Source: Acidimicrobiia bacterium (GTDB taxonomy: Bacteria > Actinomycetota > Acidimicrobiia > Spongiisociales > ZC4RG35). Taken from it: a DNA stretch of 64,000 bases. The notes under the pieces are model-generated. The model was not told the DNA's origin. It did not search any database and saw only the letters and a list, made by a program, of their open reading frames with translations. The stretch spans positions 2,304,001 to 2,368,000 of the forward strand of contig OZ244034.1 in assembly GCA_965215185.1 (NCBI GenBank), read 5' to 3'. The translations under genes were made by a program, and so were the position numbers. Position 1 is the first letter of the stretch; every line of letters starts with the position of its first letter. This document shows positions 1 to 9,279 of the stretch, piece by piece.

Positions 1-591
1 TGCGTGGAGCACGGTGGGTCGATGACGCCGGAGACCATTCAGAAGATGGTGGACAAAGGCATTCCCATCGTCACCACCTTCTCGCCCTTGGTGCAGCAGG
101 TCAAATTCGGCTTGGACTTCGGGATGACCGTCTCCGATGTGGAGCGGCGCAAGGATCAAATGGCCGACACGTCTCGGTTCGCCGGCAATGCGGCCGCCGC
201 CCGGGCAGGAATTCCCATCGTGTTCGGCACCGACGCCGGCAGCCCGGTGGTCCCCCACTACGCCATCGCCGAGGAACTCAAGTTCATGGTGGAAATCGAC
301 GTGTGCAAAGACAACCTGGACGCGCTCAACTCCATCACTCGCCGGGGCATCAAGCTCCTGGGTCTCGAAGACCAACTGGGCAGCCTGGAAGTGGGCAAGA
401 CCGCTGACGTGGTGGCCGTTGGAGGCGATCCCTTGGCTTCTTTGGACCACATGAAGGACGTCAAGCGGGTCCTCGTGCGAGGACACATGGCGTTTTCCTC
501 CGAAGGCGGCTACACCCAAACCGGTCGGGACGTCGAAGGCATTGGTACCCGTTGGGGACCCGGCCCTGACATCGGCTACCGGCGGGCCTAA
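1..591 (+). CDS. Amidohydrolase family protein, C-terminal part (5' end outside window)
   Basis: EHG, FGTDAG and GSLEVGKTADVV motifs of metal-dependent amidohydrolases. Confidence 0.85.
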   Translation, partial: CVEHGGSMTPETIQKMVDKGIPIVTTFSPLVQQVKFGLDFGMTVSDVERRKDQMADTSRFAGNAAAARAGIPIVFGTDAGSPVVPHYAIAEELKFMVEIDVCKDNLDALNSITRRGIKLLGLEDQLGSLEVGKTADVVAVGGDPLASLDHMKDVKRVLVRGHMAFSSEGGYTQTGRDVEGIGTRWGPGPDIGYRRA

Positions 592-629
592 GAGACTGTT
601 CGGACAAAGAGACGATCTAGAAGCAATAC

Positions 630-2018
630 ATGCTTGATCTGAGAATCGTCGGGGGCACGGTGGTGAGCGACGGACACTCCCGGCCGGCTGATGTCGGCGT
701 GGAAAGCCAGCTCATCACCGAAGTCTCCCCTCCTGGCGGCCTCGGGGCGGCGCGGCGGGAGATCGACGCAACCGGATTGCTGGTGATTCCCGGCGCGGTG
801 GACGCTCACTTTCACTGCCGGGCGCCCAGCCATCCTGAGCGGGCCACCTTCGCTTCCGAGTCGCGCGCGGCAGCTTCTTCGGGTATCACCACCCTGTTCG
901 AAATGCCGATCTCCAACCCGCCCTGCAGCACCCCCGAGGCGTTCCAAGCCCGGCGGCAGTTGGGAGAGGCCGAGAGCCTGGTGGACTTCGCCCTCTATTC
1001 GGGTGCGGGTTTCACCGATCCGGCCCGGGCAGAGGCGATGGCCGAGTGCGGAGCGATCGGATTCAAGCTGTTCACCCACCAGCCCCCGGCCGAACGGCTG
1101 AACGAATTCGAGGGTTTGTGGGCGTCGGAGCCTGATCAGATCTACGACTGCCTGCGCACGGTAGCCGCCACCGGTCTTCGCTGCGCGACGCATGCCGAGA
1201 GCCAGCATCTCATCGAGCGTTTCCGGGTTGATCAGGACCGCTTCGGCCATCCCTCCCGGCCCTCATTGGTAGAGGCCGCGGCGGTGGGACTGGTGGCCAC
1301 AATTGCCCGGGACATCGGCTTTCCCGCCCATATCGTCCACATCACCTCCCGGTTGGCCACCGAAGAGGTCCAGGCCGCCCAGGCGTTGGGAGTGGACCTC
1401 TCCGCTGAGTCCTGCCCGCACTATCTGCTGTTGGACGATTCCCACATTCCCCGTTTCGGCAACTTCGTGAAAGTGGCTCCGCCTCTGCGCCCCGCCGAAG
1501 ATGTAGCTTTCCTGTGGGAGGCGCTGACCGACGGGTCGCTGTCGGTGGTGGCCTCCGATCACGCTCCCTTCACCCCCGAAGAGAAAGCGTCCGCCGATTT
1601 CGCTACCTCCGGGCAGGGAATCCCTTCCCTTGAGATGCTGGTGCCGGCCATGATCGACGCCGGTTTGACCGGGCGATTCCCCCTGGCTCGGGCGGTGGAG
1701 GTGATGACCGCCAACCCGGCCAAACTTTTCGGCATTTATCCTCGCAAGGGAACGATCTCACCCGGATCCGACGCCGACCTGGTACTGGTGGATCCCGACG
1801 GAAGGCTGACTGTTGATTCGGCCCGGTTCCTGAGCCGATCAGGCGGAAGCGGAAAAGCCTATGACGGAATGGACTTGACGGGTCGGGTAATCACCACCCT
1901 CTCCCGAGGCCGGACAGTTTTCAGCAACGGCAAGGTCATAGGAAACTCGGGTGGAAGTTTTGTCTCTCCAGCCGGTCCGCCCCTTCATGTGACAGAGACC
2001 CAAACCTCCTCGGTTTAG
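630..2018 (+). CDS. Cyclic amidohydrolase (allantoinase/dihydroorotase/hydantoinase family)
   Basis: PGAVDAHFH, GFKLF, THAE, HIVHIT, ASDHAP, KGTISPGSDADLV. Confidence 0.88.
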   Translation: MLDLRIVGGTVVSDGHSRPADVGVESQLITEVSPPGGLGAARREIDATGLLVIPGAVDAHFHCRAPSHPERATFASESRAAASSGITTLFEMPISNPPCSTPEAFQARRQLGEAESLVDFALYSGAGFTDPARAEAMAECGAIGFKLFTHQPPAERLNEFEGLWASEPDQIYDCLRTVAATGLRCATHAESQHLIERFRVDQDRFGHPSRPSLVEAAAVGLVATIARDIGFPAHIVHITSRLATEEVQAAQALGVDLSAESCPHYLLLDDSHIPRFGNFVKVAPPLRPAEDVAFLWEALTDGSLSVVASDHAPFTPEEKASADFATSGQGIPSLEMLVPAMIDAGLTGRFPLARAVEVMTANPAKLFGIYPRKGTISPGSDADLVLVDPDGRLTVDSARFLSRSGGSGKAYDGMDLTGRVITTLSRGRTVFSNGKVIGNSGGSFVSPAGPPLHVTETQTSSV

Positions 2019-2081
2019 GGTCCGCATCCACTTGGCCCCGGGGCGGTTCGGACCAATCCTTTCACACACCGTTGTCTAGCG

Positions 2082-3896
2082 TTGGATAGGCAGTTAGTCG
2101 ACAGGCACCAAACACCTGTTCACGGCGCACTCCACCATGTGGCCCTGATGAAGCAACTCCAAGCCGACGCTTCCGGCACGGGCCTGGTAACCCTGACTTC
2201 AGGTGACAATTTCCTGGCTTCTCAGGAGTTGGGGGTTTCCCTGACCCGGCAGGGTCCGCTGTATGACTCGATAGCCCTGAGCGGCATCTACGACGCCATG
2301 GCCCTGGGTAACCATGACTTCGACCTCGGACCCGAGGTGACCGCCCGGTTTGTGGCCGGGTTTTCCCCACCGGTGACCTTCCTGTCCGCCAACGTGGACT
2401 TCTCGGGCGAACCCGACCTGCAGGCCCTGGTGGATCAAGGCCTGATCGCCGGTAGCACGGTTATAGAGACCGGCGGTGAACGGATCGGCGTGATCGGAGC
2501 GGTCACACCGTTGCTGCCCAACATCTCCACCCCTCGCAACGCAGTGGTGTCACCGGTGTTGCCGGCGGTGAAGGCGGCAGTCGAAAGCCTGACCGGCCAG
2601 GGAGTGAACAAGATCATCCTGGTCAGCCATCTCCAGGACGTCAACGAGGAAATCGAGTTGGTCGCAAGTCTCTCAGGCGTAGATATCGTGATCGCCGGAG
2701 GCGGGGACGACCTGCTCCGCAACGATGGGGATACCTGCCTCCCCGACGAAGAGGCTCTGTCGCCTTACCCGATCGAGGTGAAGGACGCCTCAGGCGCGAC
2801 GGTGCCGGTTATCACCGCTCCGGGTGGGTACCGCTGCATCGGGGAGTTGAACGTCACCTTCGATGGCGACGGCAACGTCACGGTGTTCGAGGGCCGCTCT
2901 ATAGGGGTTGGTTTCGATGTGGAACCCGATCCGACGGTCCAGGCCAACGTGATCGAACCTCTAACCCAGGCGGTGGGTCTCATCGACGCCGAGGTGATCG
3001 GCGCAAGCGAGGTCGACTTGGACGGGCGCCGTTCGGGAGTCCGCACCAGGGCCACCAACGAGGGCAATCTGCTGGCGGACACTCTGCGCGCCACAGCCAC
3101 CAACCTGGCCGATGACTTCGGGATCACGGCGGCGAATGTGGCCGTGCAGAACGGAGGCGGAATCCGCAACGACGCGGTTATCCCTGCGGGTGACATCACC
3201 ACCGGACACACCTGGGACATCGCTCCCTTCAGGAACTTCGTGGTGGTCGGCGAGGTTCCACGCGAAGTCTTCCATGTGCTGCTGGAGCAAGCAGTGGACC
3301 GGATACCGGGCGCCGGGGGTCAGTTCGCCCAGGTCTCGGGGTTCACTCTCACTTACGACCCGGCCGCTGCGGCCCGGGAGATAGCCCGGGACAGCAACTG
3401 CTCTCTGAGCGGCAACCCCGGCGAGCGAGTGCGCCGGGTGGTACTCGACGACGGCACGGTCATCGTCAGCGACGGCCAGGTGGTGCCGGGTGATCCGGTG
3501 ATGCTGGCCACCATCGATTTCCTGGCCAACGGCGGGGACTGCTACCCGCTGGGAGATATCGCCTTCACCAAGCTGGGCGTCAGCTACCAGCAGGCCTTGG
3601 CCAACTACATATCGATCGATCTGGGGGGAATGATCACCGCGGCGGCGTACCCGACCGACGGGGCTGGCCGGATTGTGGCTCTGGAAGCGGTGCCCGAACC
3701 GACCCCCGAGACTTTCGAGGTTACGGTTGCGGCGGGCGACTACCTGCGGAAGATCGCTATGACCCACCTCGGGGACGAGAACCGCTGGATGGAGATCTTC
3801 GATCTCAACAAAGGCGTGACCCAGGCCGACGGTGGGGCACTAACCAACCCCGACCTGATTCGTGTCGGCTGGGTGCTGAAGATACCCACCAACTAG
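2082..3896 (+). CDS. 5'-nucleotidase/metallophosphoesterase with C-terminal LysM-like domain; apparently 5'-truncated
   Basis: SGDNF, LGNHDFD, NGGGIR, TIDFLANGGD; C-terminal VAAGDYLRKIA..NPDLIRVGWVLKIP; no signal peptide and no first metal motif. Confidence 0.8.
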   Translation: MDRQLVDRHQTPVHGALHHVALMKQLQADASGTGLVTLTSGDNFLASQELGVSLTRQGPLYDSIALSGIYDAMALGNHDFDLGPEVTARFVAGFSPPVTFLSANVDFSGEPDLQALVDQGLIAGSTVIETGGERIGVIGAVTPLLPNISTPRNAVVSPVLPAVKAAVESLTGQGVNKIILVSHLQDVNEEIELVASLSGVDIVIAGGGDDLLRNDGDTCLPDEEALSPYPIEVKDASGATVPVITAPGGYRCIGELNVTFDGDGNVTVFEGRSIGVGFDVEPDPTVQANVIEPLTQAVGLIDAEVIGASEVDLDGRRSGVRTRATNEGNLLADTLRATATNLADDFGITAANVAVQNGGGIRNDAVIPAGDITTGHTWDIAPFRNFVVVGEVPREVFHVLLEQAVDRIPGAGGQFAQVSGFTLTYDPAAAAREIARDSNCSLSGNPGERVRRVVLDDGTVIVSDGQVVPGDPVMLATIDFLANGGDCYPLGDIAFTKLGVSYQQALANYISIDLGGMITAAAYPTDGAGRIVALEAVPEPTPETFEVTVAAGDYLRKIAMTHLGDENRWMEIFDLNKGVTQADGGALTNPDLIRVGWVLKIPTN

Positions 3897-3918
3897 CGAA
3901 GACTTCCCGTCTCGCACG

Positions 3919-3960
3919 AGCGGGTGTCCCGGCCCCAACGGCCGGGACACCCGCTTTCTT
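3919..3960 (+). terminator. Intrinsic terminator
   Basis: 16-bp perfect stem AGCGGGTGTCCCGGCC/GGCCGGGACACCCGCT, 5-nt loop, T-rich tail, just after the stop at 3896. Confidence 0.85.
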
Positions 3961-4086
3961 AGACCCCCGCAACCGTGTGGGTCTACCGATGCTGGGGCGA
4001 TTCCAGAGACTGTCTGGCGCAGGATCGATGCATGGCGGCATTCACTGCTTGGGTGACCTCAAGTCCCTCCACCGGGGCACTGTCAC

Positions 4087-5112
4087 CTAGAGTTTCAGAC
4101 CGCCCTTTCGCCAGGCTGTTATGTAGTTCATGCAGAACTCGTCCCTACCCTGCAGAACGTCCTCGGCCAGCCGGTAGGCCTCTGACTCCCGATCGGCTGC
4201 GAAGACTGCGGGGAGGGAGTTCATCACCGGATCGATAATGCCACTGTCTGCGCCAGCTTCAACCGTGAGATTGATGAAAGCGGTGTTCATCAACTTGCGC
4301 GCCGGTATCCCGAAGGAGACGTTGCTCATGCCGCCGGTGATGTGAATTTCGGGACCAAAACGGTTTCGTAGAGCACGGATGGCGTCCAGGGTATGCAAAC
4401 CGAAATTGCTGTCCACAGAAATGGGAAACACCAACGGGTCCACGAAGATGTTCGCTATCTCGATCCCCGCCGCAAGGGCTGCCTCCACCATACGGGAGGC
4501 GTTGTTGACCCGTTCAGAAGCGTCCGATGGCATGCCGTCCGAACCGGCGGCGGTGACGATGACCCGTGCTCCATACCTCGCGGCCAGATCTACCGCATCG
4601 GCCCGTTCCAAAGATGCCGAGTTGAGCAGCGGCCTGCTGTCTCCCAGTCCCCGGGCAGCAGCCAAACCGGTCTCTATGACGGTGATGTCGGAGGAGTCAA
4701 CCGAGATGGGAAGGGTGGTCAGCGACTTCACATAACCGACCAGCCACGCCATAGCCTGACGCTGCTCGGCGGTTTTGAGTGATATCTCGTCAACATTCAC
4801 ATCCAGGTAGTCAGCGCCGGCCCGTTGCTGGTCCATCACCACCCGCCGCAGGTACTCGTGGCCCACTTCCGCTTCGGCGCCCCCGGCCATGGCTGCCTCG
4901 ACAGCCAGTGCGATGTGCTTTATGCGTCCCTCGTCATAGGCCTGGCTTTGGCGCATGGTCTGCGATATAGCCAGAAGCCCCGGCTTGCCGTCCTCCGACG
5001 CGAAGGGGACCCCATCGACTCCCCCGCGAGTGGCAAACCGCTTGCCCTTTCGAAGAACTATCCGACTGGTGTGGACGTTTTCCCCGATAATCGTGTATCG
5101 CCCGGCGGTCAT
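4087..5112 (-). CDS. Pterin-binding methyltetrahydrofolate:corrinoid methyltransferase (MeTr/AcsE-like)
   Basis: IIGENVH, GADYLDVN, PISVDSS, LLNS, IFVDPLV, GGMSNVSFG; ATG at 5112 overlaps the upstream stop (ATGA). Confidence 0.85.
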   Translation of the reverse strand: MTAGRYTIIGENVHTSRIVLRKGKRFATRGGVDGVPFASEDGKPGLLAISQTMRQSQAYDEGRIKHIALAVEAAMAGGAEAEVGHEYLRRVVMDQQRAGADYLDVNVDEISLKTAEQRQAMAWLVGYVKSLTTLPISVDSSDITVIETGLAAARGLGDSRPLLNSASLERADAVDLAARYGARVIVTAAGSDGMPSDASERVNNASRMVEAALAAGIEIANIFVDPLVFPISVDSNFGLHTLDAIRALRNRFGPEIHITGGMSNVSFGIPARKLMNTAFINLTVEAGADSGIIDPVMNSLPAVFAADRESEAYRLAEDVLQGRDEFCMNYITAWRKGGLKL

Positions 5113-6797
5113 GAGCTCACCAGTTGAGCCATCTGTTCCTGAGCGGAGAAGGTGGCGGGCATGGGTTTGAGTTGACAGCCCTCGACGAAAAGGTTGAAGA
5201 AATCCGGGGTGGTCTCCAACTCGATGTGGGTCACCCACTTGGTCAGTTCCTCCGCCCAGCGGCGCTTTTTAGTGGACAACAACAGAGCACGGGCCCCATC
5301 GACCGCCGCGTTGCCCACCTTGACCACCCGCTCCTGCGCTACCGGCGCAATCAGCCCGATCTCGATGGCGTTGCCGACGTCGAGATAGGTTGCGAAACCT
5401 CCCGCCAGATACAGCCGGTCGATGTCGGCCGGTTGCACCCCGGCGTTGCGCATCACGATGTACTGTCCACAGTAGTTGGCGGCTTTGGCTTGGGCGAGGT
5501 TGCTGGCATCCTCCCGCGAGAAGGTGATACCCCGATCCGGCACCACATCGATGGAGAAACGTTTGCGGTCATCGGTGAATACCCCTCTCTCGGACATCAG
5601 ACCCTTTTGACGGAGGTCGGCCAAGAGATCAACCAGTCCCGAGCCGCAGATCCCCACCGCAGGTTCCCCGCCGATGGTCTCATAGGCAGAGGCTGTTCCG
5701 TCCGATGCCAGCGTGATCGATTCGATGGCGCCGTCGTAAGCACGCATCCCATAGGTGACCAGGCCCCCCTCGAATGCGGGACCAGCTGGGCAGGAAGCCG
5801 CCCACATCCGGCCTTCATGGCTGAGGACCACCTCGGTGTTGGTGCCCATATCGACCAGCATCTCGGTTCGCCCCTCCGCTCCGAGCCGGACCGTCTCCAC
5901 ACATGCCACCGCATCAGCGCCGACGTGGCTAGCCACCAGCGGGATTCCATAGGCCTTGGCTTGGCGGTTGGCGCGCAATCCCAGCGTCCGGGTGTCGGCA
6001 ACCAAGGCCGTGTGGGGACGAAGACCGGCTAGGTATTCGTGTTCCGTGAGGGACTTGTACGGCATCTCTCCGATGCTCTGCACGCTCAACCCGAACAGGA
6101 TGTCACGCATGGTGGAGTTTCCCGCCACCACGATCTCGTAGATATGGGGCGGGCGCCTGCGACGACCCGCCCGCTGGGCCAGATCCCGAGTGCCCTGGTT
6201 GATCGCAGCCACCACCGCCATGCGCAGTTCGTTCGCCACGCCGGGGCGGGCTTCGTAGGAGATCCGACGCATCACGTCGCTGCCGCCGAACTGCTGGGGA
6301 TTCTCGAAGCTGGCCACTCCCAAGGTGACTCCAGACTCCAGGTCCACCAACTCCATGACCACGGTGGTGGTACCGAGATCGATCGCCAAACCCAATATGG
6401 CGCCTCGGTACCTGTCGACCACCGTGTCTCCGTACTTGACCTCGTCACCTGCTCGGGTCACAGCCGGATGAAACTCCATGGGCCGCTCCTGGCCGAAGTG
6501 GCCGCCTTCGAGGATTCTCGGACGTCTCCGCAGTGGAGCGAATCTGATGGAGGGGCCGTCCCGCACCACCAGAGCCTGGCAGGCCAGGCGGTAGTTGCCC
6601 CGGAGGAACCGCTCGGTTTCGGTGCGTTCCACCAAGGCTTCCATCCCCTCGGTGACCTCCACCACACATTCGTGGCACTCCCCGTTGCGCAGACAGGAGG
6701 TGGGTACCTCAACCTCCAGTTCGTCGGCGTAGTCGAAGATGGTCTTACCGGCAAGGAGGGGACAGTTATTGTCGCCGTGGGAAACGGTGCTCATCAA
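5109..6797 (-). CDS. ASKHA-domain reductive activator of corrinoid enzymes (RACE/RamA-like) with N-terminal 2Fe-2S ferredoxin
   Basis: C-x4-G-x-C-x2-C...RLACQ ferredoxin; AIDLGTTT, NPQ..GSDVMRRI, DMGTNTE, AGPAFEG, GICGSG, LAGGF, GNAA. Confidence 0.9.
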   Translation of the reverse strand: MMSTVSHGDNNCPLLAGKTIFDYADELEVEVPTSCLRNGECHECVVEVTEGMEALVERTETERFLRGNYRLACQALVVRDGPSIRFAPLRRRPRILEGGHFGQERPMEFHPAVTRAGDEVKYGDTVVDRYRGAILGLAIDLGTTTVVMELVDLESGVTLGVASFENPQQFGGSDVMRRISYEARPGVANELRMAVVAAINQGTRDLAQRAGRRRRPPHIYEIVVAGNSTMRDILFGLSVQSIGEMPYKSLTEHEYLAGLRPHTALVADTRTLGLRANRQAKAYGIPLVASHVGADAVACVETVRLGAEGRTEMLVDMGTNTEVVLSHEGRMWAASCPAGPAFEGGLVTYGMRAYDGAIESITLASDGTASAYETIGGEPAVGICGSGLVDLLADLRQKGLMSERGVFTDDRKRFSIDVVPDRGITFSREDASNLAQAKAANYCGQYIVMRNAGVQPADIDRLYLAGGFATYLDVGNAIEIGLIAPVAQERVVKVGNAAVDGARALLLSTKKRRWAEELTKWVTHIELETTPDFFNLFVEGCQLKPMPATFSAQEQMAQLVSS

Positions 6798-7129
6798 TCT
6801 CGGCTTTCCCCGGTGCGACCTCTCCTCCGCTGCTCGGCGTCTCGCTTGATCCTGACGATCTTGTCTCGGGTCCGCTGCTCAGCGCGGGGATTGGACTCCC
6901 AAGCGCTTCGGTAGTCGAAGGTGCCGTCGTGGCCACAAGTGAATTCACCAGGATCATCAGGTACGGGGAGCTGATTGCGACACCGGAACAGCGCGGTGCA
7001 GACATCGTGACGGTTGCGGTACGGGCATCGCGTCAGGGACGATTCCTCGGCGTGGGCAACTATGTCGGAAAAGATGGCGGCCATACGATCAAGCCGCTCT
7101 TGGAAAGATTGCATATCCAAGTCGGACAT
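6794..7129 (-). CDS. Small Cys-rich hypothetical protein in the corrinoid operon
   Basis: 111 aa; CPY-x7-C-x5-C-x13-C; stop overlaps the start of the RACE gene. Confidence 0.7.
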   Translation of the reverse strand: MSDLDMQSFQERLDRMAAIFSDIVAHAEESSLTRCPYRNRHDVCTALFRCRNQLPVPDDPGEFTCGHDGTFDYRSAWESNPRAEQRTRDKIVRIKRDAEQRRRGRTGESRD

Positions 7130-7138
7130 GTGTTCTGC

Positions 7139-7888
7139 TCAGCGGACCTCTACGGCTAGTTTCTTCGCCAACTCCACACAGGCAAGCGCGTCTTTCCCGT
7201 ATCCGTCGGCGCCCACGTCCTTGCCGAACTCAGGAGTAACAGGCGCGCCCCCCACCATGAATCGCACCGAGTCCCTAAGGCCGACGTCCTTGAAAGCCTC
7301 CACCGTTTTGGCCATGTTGGGCATGGTGGTGGTGAGTAACGCAGACATGCCGATCACGTGAGCGTTGTGTTCTCTAACCGCTTCGACGAACTCGGCAGGT
7401 GCGGTGTTGACCCCCAGATCTATTACTTTGAACCCCCCGCCCCTCAGCAACATGATGCAAAGGTTCTTGCCGATGTCGTGCAAATCGCCCTGCACGGTAC
7501 CCATGATCACCGTCCCAACGGGTTCCACTCCCGACGCGGCCAGTATCGGCTCAACATGGGCCATTCCTGCTTTCATCGCCCTGGCGGAGATGAGCACTTC
7601 CGGAACGAACACGTATCCCTCCCGGAATTTGATCCCGACTATCCCCATCCCGGCGATGAGCCCGTCGTCCATGATCTCCATTGCACTCACCCCGCTGTCG
7701 AGGGCTTGTCTGGTGAGCCGTTCCACTGTCGAGGCGTCCCCGTCAATTAGAGCGGCGGCGATGTCCTGCATGTCCGGTGAGCAGCGGCTGAACAGGGTTA
7801 TGTTTCTTTCGATCTCTTCGGGTCGTTCTAGGAACTCCTCGATCTCGTCGCGGATGAATGGGTTGACAATGTCAGACAGTTCAGGCAT
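7139..7888 (-). CDS. Corrinoid (B12-binding) methyltransferase protein (MttC/MtbC-like)
   Basis: Cap domain GLIAGMGIVG..FVPEVL; GDLHDIGKNL (DxHxxG); MSALLTTTM; VGGAP. Confidence 0.92.
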   Translation of the reverse strand: MPELSDIVNPFIRDEIEEFLERPEEIERNITLFSRCSPDMQDIAAALIDGDASTVERLTRQALDSGVSAMEIMDDGLIAGMGIVGIKFREGYVFVPEVLISARAMKAGMAHVEPILAASGVEPVGTVIMGTVQGDLHDIGKNLCIMLLRGGGFKVIDLGVNTAPAEFVEAVREHNAHVIGMSALLTTTMPNMAKTVEAFKDVGLRDSVRFMVGGAPVTPEFGKDVGADGYGKDALACVELAKKLAVEVR

Positions 7889-7954
7889 AACAGGAAAGGG
7901 TTGGGGTCGTGGTTGGGTAAAGCGGTGTGGTATGTCTCATGATTCTTTCGGGTT

Positions 7955-9073
7955 TCAACTCTCTGCGCCGTTGGGGGGCGGATTGTGGACGACGAGCCGA
8001 CCGTCGGGTCGGTGGGCGTTGGAGTAGTCGCGGGCCGAGTCGGTCAAGGCCATGAGCACCTCCATCTTGGTCCCAAGCGGCACCGAGCCTTCGGGAGCGA
8101 GCCCATTGACCCCTGCTTCAAGCACTCCCATACATGCCTGGTAGGTGTCTTCATAGGTGCCGCTGAACAGGGTGGTGGGGTTGTTGATGTTACCCATCAG
8201 GGACATGCGGTCTCCGGTGATCTCTTTGGCGACGTAGGGATCGACCTGCGACTCGAAGTGAAAGCAGTCCCAGCCCGCTTCGGCGAAATAGTCGATCCGG
8301 TCAGTGGTCTCCCCGCAACAGTGGAAAATGCTCGGCCCGCCGATCTCAACTGTTACTTGTTTGTGCATCTCCAGTAAGAAATCCCGATAAGTGTCGGGGC
8401 TCACCAGTTCCCGGTTGGCGTGGTCGGCCCACATGATCGCGTCGGCGCCCGCCTCAAGTTGAGCGTGGGCTGACATCATGCAGGCGGGAAGCATCACCTC
8501 GAGGTAGCGGCGAATCTTGTCAGGGTCGAGAATCGTATCCATGAGGTAGTTTTCGATCCCCACCAAGTGGTATCCGACCGACCAGGGGCCATACACCTTC
8601 CCCACGATCCCGACATCGGGATAACGCTTGCGAAGCAATTTGATCGCTCCGAGCACTGCCTGGAATGTTTGCCGCTTGAGGTAATCGGAGGGAATCTTGA
8701 AGTCTTCGGGATCGGCGAGCACATGAGCGCTGGTGGCCGGCCAGTTGTCCACCGTTCCCCACCAAGTGGCCGCGTCCAAAGCGTCTGCTTCGAGCTGAGA
8801 ATGGAACACCGGCATGATCGTGTCGAGGCCGAGTTCTTCATGGGCGGTTGCCGCCAGGCGAGCCATCTTCTCGGCGTCAAGGTGGGCTTCCGGAAACCAC
8901 GCATCGGTCATTTCCATCGCTTCCAGAGTCACCACCGAACTGAGGGTCATGGCGGGCACCTTATCGACTCGTCCGCCGTACAACGCGGAGAGGAAACGGC
9001 GGCGAGGAGTCATCCACTCGCCGGTCAGGCGGGTGAAATTTTCACCCTTGCGCTTTATTATTGCAGGAGAGAT
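7955..9073 (-). CDS. UroD/MtaA-family methyltransferase (start uncertain: 9013 ATG or 9073 ATC)
   Basis: MTPRRRFLSAL, GPWS, FHCCG, MGNIN; typical UroD-fold methylcobamide methyltransferase. Confidence 0.85.
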   Translation of the reverse strand: MSPAIIKRKGENFTRLTGEWMTPRRRFLSALYGGRVDKVPAMTLSSVVTLEAMEMTDAWFPEAHLDAEKMARLAATAHEELGLDTIMPVFHSQLEADALDAATWWGTVDNWPATSAHVLADPEDFKIPSDYLKRQTFQAVLGAIKLLRKRYPDVGIVGKVYGPWSVGYHLVGIENYLMDTILDPDKIRRYLEVMLPACMMSAHAQLEAGADAIMWADHANRELVSPDTYRDFLLEMHKQVTVEIGGPSIFHCCGETTDRIDYFAEAGWDCFHFESQVDPYVAKEITGDRMSLMGNINNPTTLFSGTYEDTYQACMGVLEAGVNGLAPEGSVPLGTKMEVLMALTDSARDYSNAHRPDGRLVVHNPPPNGAES

Positions 9074-9279
9074 GGTTGATCCTTTCCGCACACTAGCCTC
9101 GGCAGGGGAGGATAAGGTTAAGAAACTTTTCTCTAAATAGTACAGCCAGTGCGCGGCCGAACGGCATTCGGGGAGCAGAAGAATCAAAGATTCGACCGCA
9201 CCCTGTGTTATGGCAGCCTACATCCCAAGTAGTATCGACTCGGAGAAGGGCCTGCATAAAAGACAAGGAGCACCTGACT

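Noticed and set aside
7888-7940. Short ORF (MRHTTPLYP...) upstream of the corrinoid gene as a leader peptide
   Set aside because: No attenuator features; could be chance or a frameshifted N-terminal extension
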